From: Candidatus Nanoarchaeia archaeon
Lineage (GTDB): Archaea > Nanobdellota > Nanobdellia > Woesearchaeales > JANQNE01
NCBI GenBank assembly: GCA_028279725.1
Contig: JANQNE010000011.1
Span: 25,872-89,871 of the forward strand
Length of the DNA stretch: 64,000 nt
Direction of reading: 5' to 3'
Shown one piece after another: positions 59,005-64,000 of this stretch. Each line of letters begins with the position of its first letter. Positions within the stretch are counted from its first letter, which is position 1. The translations under genes and the position numbers were made by a program. Under the pieces are notes generated by a model. That model searched no databases. It worked only from the letters and a program-made list of their open reading frames with translations, and was not told the origin of the DNA.

Positions 59005-59097
59005 GTATAGCACGCTTTGTCTGCTTCTGAAATGGCTGGAGAAGCAGATTTTAGTCAATACAGAAGCTGTATCTGAAGACTGCGCTTGGTGCTATAC
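59005..59097 (+). repeat. Copy 3 of the ~94-nt structured hairpin element
   Basis: 9-bp terminal inverted repeat GTATAGCAC/GTGCTATAC enclosing GCTTTGTCT...AGCAGATTTTAG...GAAGACTGCGCTTG; inner helix GTCT/AGAC. Confidence 0.5.
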
Positions 59098-59163
59098 TTT
59101 ATATCCGAAATATTTAAATAAAGAATCGAGATTTCTATCGCTACAAATAACAAGAGTGATAAC

Positions 59164-59355
59164 ATGGGAAGAATAAAAACAAAACTGGTAAAAAGAATAA
59201 CAAACGAACTGATAAAACAGTACGGAGAAAACTTCAAGAAGGAGTTTGAAGAGAACAAGAAATTAGTAGAGAAATATTCCAGTGTTCCATCTGTAAAGAT
59301 GAGGAACATTATAGCTGGATATGTAACAAGACAGATGAAGAATAACGAAGAGTGA
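59164..59355 (+). CDS. rps17e: Ribosomal protein eS17
   Basis: MGRIKTKLVKRITNELIKQYGENF... is the conserved eS17 N-terminus; 63 aa. Confidence 0.8.
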   Translation: MGRIKTKLVKRITNELIKQYGENFKKEFEENKKLVEKYSSVPSVKMRNIIAGYVTRQMKNNEE

Positions 59356-59367
59356 GGTTGAGAGAAA

Positions 59368-59649
59368 ATGGCAGAAGACAATTCAATATTTGTGGGCGGA
59401 AAGCCGTTCATGAACTATGTGACAGCAGTGGTTATGCAGTTTACGACAAAGAATGCAGACGAAGTTTTGATAAAAGCAAGAGGAAAGTTTATTTCAAGAG
59501 CTGTAGATGTAGCGGAAGTCGCTGCAAAGAGATTCTTAGACGGGCAGATCGAGCCTAAAGAGATCAGAGTAGACAGTGAAGAGTTCCAGAATAAGGAAGG
59601 AAAACAGGTCAGAGTCTCTACAATCGAAATAATACTAGGAAGGAAGTGA
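59368..59649 (+). CDS. albA: Alba (Sso10b) DNA/RNA-binding protein
   Basis: NSIFVGGKPFMNYVTAVVMQF...EVLIKARGKFISRAVDVAEVAAKRF...IEIILGRK matches the Alba fold; 93 aa. Confidence 0.85.
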   Translation: MAEDNSIFVGGKPFMNYVTAVVMQFTTKNADEVLIKARGKFISRAVDVAEVAAKRFLDGQIEPKEIRVDSEEFQNKEGKQVRVSTIEIILGRK

Positions 59650-59834
59650 TCTAATTGATAGGGATAATTTTTATTTTATTACTTTTGGCAGTCTGTACAG
59701 CTGCACCGATATATTACTATAAGAAGAAAAATGAAAAGCCGGCTGTATATGTCTGGGTTGGCGAAGGAAAGAATCCTTTGGATGAGATTTCTGAATAAGT
59801 AGTTTTTTATATGATTAATTTAATTCTTGTAGTT

Positions 59835-59936
59835 GGGCCTATAGTCTAATGGATAGAACAACCGGCTTCGGTAAGTGGGGTCAAAAGCTTCGCTTGTGGG
59901 TACCGGTTAGTGGGGGTTCGAATCCTCCTAGGCCCA
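59835..59936 (+). tRNA. tRNA-Arg (anticodon TCG) with a 30-nt intron at the canonical 37/38 position
   Basis: Acceptor GGGCCTA/TAGGCCC, T-arm GGGGG-TTCGAAT-CCTCC, anticodon stem ACCGG/CCGGT, loop C-T-TCG-G with U33 and G37. A 30-nt insert TAAGTGGGGTCAAAAGCTTCGCTTGTGGGT lies between G37 and A38. CCA is not encoded. Confidence 0.8.
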
Positions 59937-60014
59937 TATTTTCTTCATTCTCCTTGTTGGGTGGATAAACCGTAAACTTTATATACTACACTTATAAAGA
60001 TTAGGTTAAAAGAG

Positions 60015-60275
60015 GTGATTTCAGTGGCTAAGAAAGCTATCAAAAAGATCAAAGAAATCTCTGAGGAAAGTTTCTTCAAAAAACACATCAGAAGATTTGG
60101 TATGGGTATTCTTGTTCTTTGTCAAGCTCTTGCATTCGGTATTGTAGGAGGAATAATATATTATGCGCTTGTATTTTACAGACTCATATTTCCAGCAGTC
60201 ATATTTGTACTGATCCTGATATATTTCGCAGGAGCATATGAGGAACTGAAGAGAGAAAAGTTGTATAAGAAATGA
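60015..60275 (+). CDS. Small membrane protein (2 TM helices), hypothetical
   Basis: Hydrophobic stretches GMGILVLCQALAFGIVGGIIYYALVF and PAVIFVLILIYFAGAY. The ORF-track start is GTG; the GTG at 60024 with RBS gaggtga is an alternative. Confidence 0.4.
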   Translation: MISVAKKAIKKIKEISEESFFKKHIRRFGMGILVLCQALAFGIVGGIIYYALVFYRLIFPAVIFVLILIYFAGAYEELKREKLYKK

Positions 60276-60505
60276 TCGAAGAGATAACAACAACAATCGG
60301 CTTTCAGGAGCTGAGTAAGGAAATTTTTGTTTACCAGCAAGCAACTTTGTTATTTTGCTTGCTAATCTCTGTTTCTATCTACCTGTTATTGCCTAAAAGA
60401 GTTGAGAACAGCAGAAGGATCGCTGCATCAGCATTGATCTTTATGGGCTTGTTCGGATTGTTCTCTATATTATTGAAAACATTAGTGAGAATCTTCACAA
60501 GATAA
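60272..60505 (+). CDS. Small membrane protein, hypothetical
   Basis: 77 aa with two hydrophobic segments (LLFCLLISVSIYLLL; ALIFMGLFGLFSILL); overlaps the upstream ORF by 4 nt. Confidence 0.4.
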   Translation: MIEEITTTIGFQELSKEIFVYQQATLLFCLLISVSIYLLLPKRVENSRRIAASALIFMGLFGLFSILLKTLVRIFTR

Positions 60506-60507
60506 GA

Positions 60508-61404
60508 TCATATCTTCTTCAATAATTCCTTGAATTGCTGATCAGATCCTGATAGGTTTCTTGGATCATTTAAAATCTCATGTAGCTGTATCTGAGCGTC
60601 AGTCCAGTCTTTAATCACCTGTCTGTCTTTTAACAGGGTTTTAGGCTCAGATTTTTTCAATCTCTCCATGCCATTCATGCTGACCACTCCTAATCCATCT
60701 ACTTTGATACTGTATCTTATCCCATTCCCATCTAATACTCTGGAGAAATAATTTATGGCACTTCCTGCAGAACCATCAGGGATAGAGAATAATCCTCCAC
60801 TAGACTGAGCATTCTTTATCAAAAGATAAGACAATGCTGGTGCTGATGAGTTAACCTCTTCAACGATCTTCTTAGTGTCAGCTCCAGTACCAGACAGATG
60901 GTTTATCCTGTTGGCTATATTGATTATCCTTTTAGTGGAAAAGCTCTCAAAATTATAAGGACTGTATCCTTCTGGAAGATCTACACTTCCATAAACTTTT
61001 ATCAATGTGTCTAAACCTTCTTTGAATGTTTCTGCTGCTTCTTTTGCGATCCCAGCACCATATTTTCCAAATGTAAGATTTGAAGCAAGACCTATGTACT
61101 TGTGGGCGTTTTCTATATCCTGTGCCTTATCAAATTTCTCTACAAAGAAATCCATATCTTTTATCCTGTCATGCATCCCTGCCCTGTATGCATAATCCAT
61201 CCCAAGAGATATGCAGCCTTCATAAGAAGGAGACTTGTCTACCTTATGCTGATAGTGTTCTGGAATACTGAAATTGCCCAACAATGAGGTATGGACTACA
61301 GAACGTAATGCTTCGTTAAATAATAGAGCTTTAGCTGATGGATCATGCTTTGCAAAACTCTCTACTGTGCTGAAATAAAGGTTATTTATTTCTCTTTCCT
61401 TCAT
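60508..61404 (-). CDS. Hypothetical protein
   Basis: 298-aa ORF, good coding potential, no assignable motifs. Confidence 0.45.
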   Translation of the reverse strand: MKEREINNLYFSTVESFAKHDPSAKALLFNEALRSVVHTSLLGNFSIPEHYQHKVDKSPSYEGCISLGMDYAYRAGMHDRIKDMDFFVEKFDKAQDIENAHKYIGLASNLTFGKYGAGIAKEAAETFKEGLDTLIKVYGSVDLPEGYSPYNFESFSTKRIINIANRINHLSGTGADTKKIVEEVNSSAPALSYLLIKNAQSSGGLFSIPDGSAGSAINYFSRVLDGNGIRYSIKVDGLGVVSMNGMERLKKSEPKTLLKDRQVIKDWTDAQIQLHEILNDPRNLSGSDQQFKELLKKI

Positions 61405-61515
61405 AAACTACACCCTAGAAGTAGTGAGATTTACTGATATATAAATGTTTCGTTTTTTTACCACTAATAGGGAGTAACAGCAAGGTTTATATAGAACTCG
61501 AAATTTCCAGAAAAG

Positions 61516-61839
61516 ATGAATAGAAGCTATATGCAAGAATACAAACTAGAACTGTTTGGAGATGAAGGTTATCAGTTCAGGAAGAGAGCTGAAGACAGAG
61601 GGCTTCCTGATGGTAATGTTGGAGAGGATGGATTCTATCTTCAAGGTGTTAAGAAAACCTCACTCAGAAAATTGTGGAACTATCTTAAGGATCATAACAC
61701 TAAGATAAGAGTATATGTGGGAGACGGAGTTATTGAAAGAGTCGAGAAAGCGAAGAATGGAAGCACTATAGCAAAAAATCAGGTGTTAGGTTATCTTGCT
61801 ATGTATGCTGCTATAGCTCCTGACAAGGAAAAGGTTTAA
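61516..61839 (+). CDS. Hypothetical protein
   Basis: 107-aa ORF directly upstream of proS. Confidence 0.4.
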   Translation: MNRSYMQEYKLELFGDEGYQFRKRAEDRGLPDGNVGEDGFYLQGVKKTSLRKLWNYLKDHNTKIRVYVGDGVIERVEKAKNGSTIAKNQVLGYLAMYAAIAPDKEKV

Positions 61840-61852
61840 ATATAGCTGTTAA

Positions 61853-63301
61853 ATGGTGTTTTGTATGGCTGAGAAAGAGGAGAACATCGGTATAACTGTG
61901 AAAAAAGAGGATGATATGCCAGAATGGTATTCTCAAGTCTGCCAGAAAGCTGAACTGGCTGATACTTCTTCGATAAAAGGATTTATGGTCATAAGGCCAA
62001 ATGGTTATGGCATATGGGAAAATATCCAGGATTATTTTAACAAAGTGATAAGAGAGAGAAAAGTAAGGAATGCTTATTTTCCACTTCTTATTCCTGAGAG
62101 TTTTTTTAAGAAAGAGGCAGAACATGCAGAAGGGTTTGCTCCTGAGCTTGCCTGGGTTGGCGGAGCTGCTGAGGAAGGAGAAGAAAGATTAGCTATAAGG
62201 CCTACATCTGAAACTATAATGTATGATTCTTATTCAAAGTGGATCAGATCATATAGGGACCTTCCTTTGAGGATAAACCAATGGTGTAATGTTCTTAGAT
62301 GGGAAGTTAAGCAGACTAAAGTTTTTTTGAGAACAAGAGAGTTTTTGTGGCAGGAAGGGCATTGTGTATATGAAACAGAGGAAGAATGTGATAAGGAAGT
62401 TTATATGTTCTTAGATGAATATAAGAGATTAGCTGAGGAGCAGCTAGCTGTTCCTGTGCTTACTGGAAAGAAAACTGAGAAAGAGAAGTTTGCTGGTGCG
62501 AAATATACTACTACAATAGAAGCTTTTATGCCGGACGGAAAAGCATTGCAGTGTGGAACTTCACATAATCTTGGGCAAGGGTTTGCTGAAGGTTTTGGAA
62601 TCAGATATATAGGAAAGGATGAGAAAGAACACATACCTTGGCAGAACAGCTGGGGATTTTCTACAAGACTGATCGGAGCTATAATCATGACCCATGGAGA
62701 TAATAAGGGAATGGTCATGCCTCCTAGAATTGCAAAAGATAAGATCGTAATTGTTCCTATATTGTTTGATAAGACAAAGAAAGAAGTTTTGAAAAAGGCT
62801 GATGAGCTTGAGAAGAAATTATCAGAGTATGGAGTTATTGTTGATGACAGAGAAGGATACAGCCCTGGATGGAAGTATAATGAATGGGAGATGAAAGGAG
62901 TTCCTTTGAGATTAGAGGTCGGCCCTAAGGATATCGAGAAAAAGCATGTAGTTGTTGTAAGAAGAGATAATGGAAAGAAGGAATTTGTGAAAGAAGCTGA
63001 TCTTATAAAGAGGATACCTAAGATAATTGATGAGATGCATGGTGATATGTTCGCTAAAGCGAAGAAACATCTTGATGAAAGTATTGTAGAAGTTAAGAGC
63101 TGGGAAGAGTTTGAAAAAGTAGTAAAGGAAAATAAGATCGCTAAAGCACCTTTCTGCGGAGAGGGGGAATGTGAAGACTGGATAAAGGATAAGTCAGGCG
63201 GAATCACTTCAAGATGTGTTGCTGAAGGCAAGCCAAAAGATAAGTGTGTCCAGTGCGGAAAGAAAGCTGAAGAGTTTGTGTATTTCTCAAAGAGTTACTG
63301 A
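61853..63301 (+). CDS. proS: Prolyl-tRNA synthetase, archaeal/eukaryotic type (class II, C-terminal zinc-binding domain)
   Basis: MPEWYSQVCQKAEL...IKGFMVIRPNGYGIWE...FPLLIPESFF matches the archaeal ProRS N-terminus; class II motifs follow; C-terminal CVQCGKKAEEFVYFSKSY. Confidence 0.85.
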   Translation: MVFCMAEKEENIGITVKKEDDMPEWYSQVCQKAELADTSSIKGFMVIRPNGYGIWENIQDYFNKVIRERKVRNAYFPLLIPESFFKKEAEHAEGFAPELAWVGGAAEEGEERLAIRPTSETIMYDSYSKWIRSYRDLPLRINQWCNVLRWEVKQTKVFLRTREFLWQEGHCVYETEEECDKEVYMFLDEYKRLAEEQLAVPVLTGKKTEKEKFAGAKYTTTIEAFMPDGKALQCGTSHNLGQGFAEGFGIRYIGKDEKEHIPWQNSWGFSTRLIGAIIMTHGDNKGMVMPPRIAKDKIVIVPILFDKTKKEVLKKADELEKKLSEYGVIVDDREGYSPGWKYNEWEMKGVPLRLEVGPKDIEKKHVVVVRRDNGKKEFVKEADLIKRIPKIIDEMHGDMFAKAKKHLDESIVEVKSWEEFEKVVKENKIAKAPFCGEGECEDWIKDKSGGITSRCVAEGKPKDKCVQCGKKAEEFVYFSKSY

Positions 63302-63981
63302 ATCAGTTTTTTTGTTTTTTTTCTATAGTCCAGAGTGATATGGTCTCCGTTATATAAGTTCTCTTCTGAAATGTATACTTTATTATCTTTGATCTTTACG
63401 TCTGTAAATTTTTCTCTGCGACATGCATCTATCCTTTTCGCTGTAAACTCATAATTTCTTAAGTCAAAAGGAAACTCAAAAACGCCGTCATATTTATTTG
63501 TCAGTTCAATAAATTTGTGCTCAAAATAATCCTCTTTTATTGTTCCGTGATTTAAGTCACTCATACATGTAGGATGTACAGATAATATCTCAACTTTGTA
63601 TTTTTTCCCCTGTTTTAGCTTGTATTTTATGATGTACTGCACTCTCTTGTCTTCCTCTTCATGGCTTGTTATATCCCTTCCAAATTTCAATAAATAACCA
63701 TCCAGCCTAACTTCTATCTTGTAGTTGCTATTTTCTCCTGTGGGTGTTCCTCTAAAAAAATGATAATGGATATTGTCCTCTAAAGCCTTGATATAAACAG
63801 TGGTTCTTTCTACCACATACATATTGTATTGTTTATCTTTTTTATTCGAGTCATAAACCATCTTGCTTAAGGTGGTCATCCCAAGCACATGATAAGGGTG
63901 CGGCCTCTGTAGATGAATAAGCTGTGAGAGCAGAGTATTCTCTGAGTCCTCTATGCCTAATATCCTTCTGAAACCATTCAT
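63295..63981 (-). CDS. Hypothetical protein (may extend beyond window end)
   Basis: 228-aa ORF convergent with proS; no recognisable motifs. Confidence 0.4.
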   Translation of the reverse strand: MNGFRRILGIEDSENTLLSQLIHLQRPHPYHVLGMTTLSKMVYDSNKKDKQYNMYVVERTTVYIKALEDNIHYHFFRGTPTGENSNYKIEVRLDGYLLKFGRDITSHEEEDKRVQYIIKYKLKQGKKYKVEILSVHPTCMSDLNHGTIKEDYFEHKFIELTNKYDGVFEFPFDLRNYEFTAKRIDACRREKFTDVKIKDNKVYISEENLYNGDHITLDYRKKTKKLIQ

Positions 63982-64000
63982 TATCTGTTCTTTAAGCAGC

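Noticed and set aside
59655-59798. 47-aa hydrophobic ORF starting with TTG between albA and the tRNA
   Set aside because: It has a single predicted TM helix and a plausible size, but no ATG and no clear RBS; it is too uncertain to call as a gene.

Overview
The window is a densely packed, AT-rich segment that I read as an archaeal genome, probably a DPANN-like lineage (inference). The archaeal markers are an Alba gene, ribosomal protein eS17, a tRNA-Arg(UCG) with an intron at position 37/38, a class I lysyl-tRNA synthetase, an archaeal-type ProRS and a TRAM-domain protein. Many enzymes nevertheless look bacterial. The middle of the window (22.1-37.2 kb, minus strand) is a roughly 15-kb tightly coupled purine de novo super-operon: purB, a PurS-like-PurL fusion, purQ, a PurF-PurD fusion, MTHFS, a split purH (IMPCH gene and AICARFT gene), folD, purN, a PAICS-like PurC-PurE(class II) fusion and purM. 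It faces a convergent guaB-purA-guaA block on the plus strand (16.5-21.7 kb). The 5' part of the window has a dapF-lysK-queF operon and serA. At 8.3-16.4 kb there is a divergently transcribed cluster of three tandem FemAB/CelD-like GNAT-fold genes, a D-Ala-D-Ala-ligase-family ATP-grasp, a retropepsin-like protein with a RimK-like ATP-grasp, and an AsnB-Dph6-like double-amidotransferase fusion. I read this as a candidate amino-acid/peptide ligation and amidation system. Further accessory content: a B12-radical-SAM/DHH/giant receiver-domain protein/PHP phosphoesterase block (38.9-46.6 kb); four tandem paralogous small acidic ORFs that the ORF track missed (47.7-48.8 kb); a GGCT-like/FGase-like/GCS2-ligase/HAD block (54.5-59.0 kb); and a three-copy family of ~94-nt hairpin elements whose terminal stems covary between copies (about 11.1, 48.8 and 59.0 kb). 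Other housekeeping genes are argS, pyrBI, proS and a CorC/HlyC transporter. I found no CRISPR array, rRNA or recognisable transposase.
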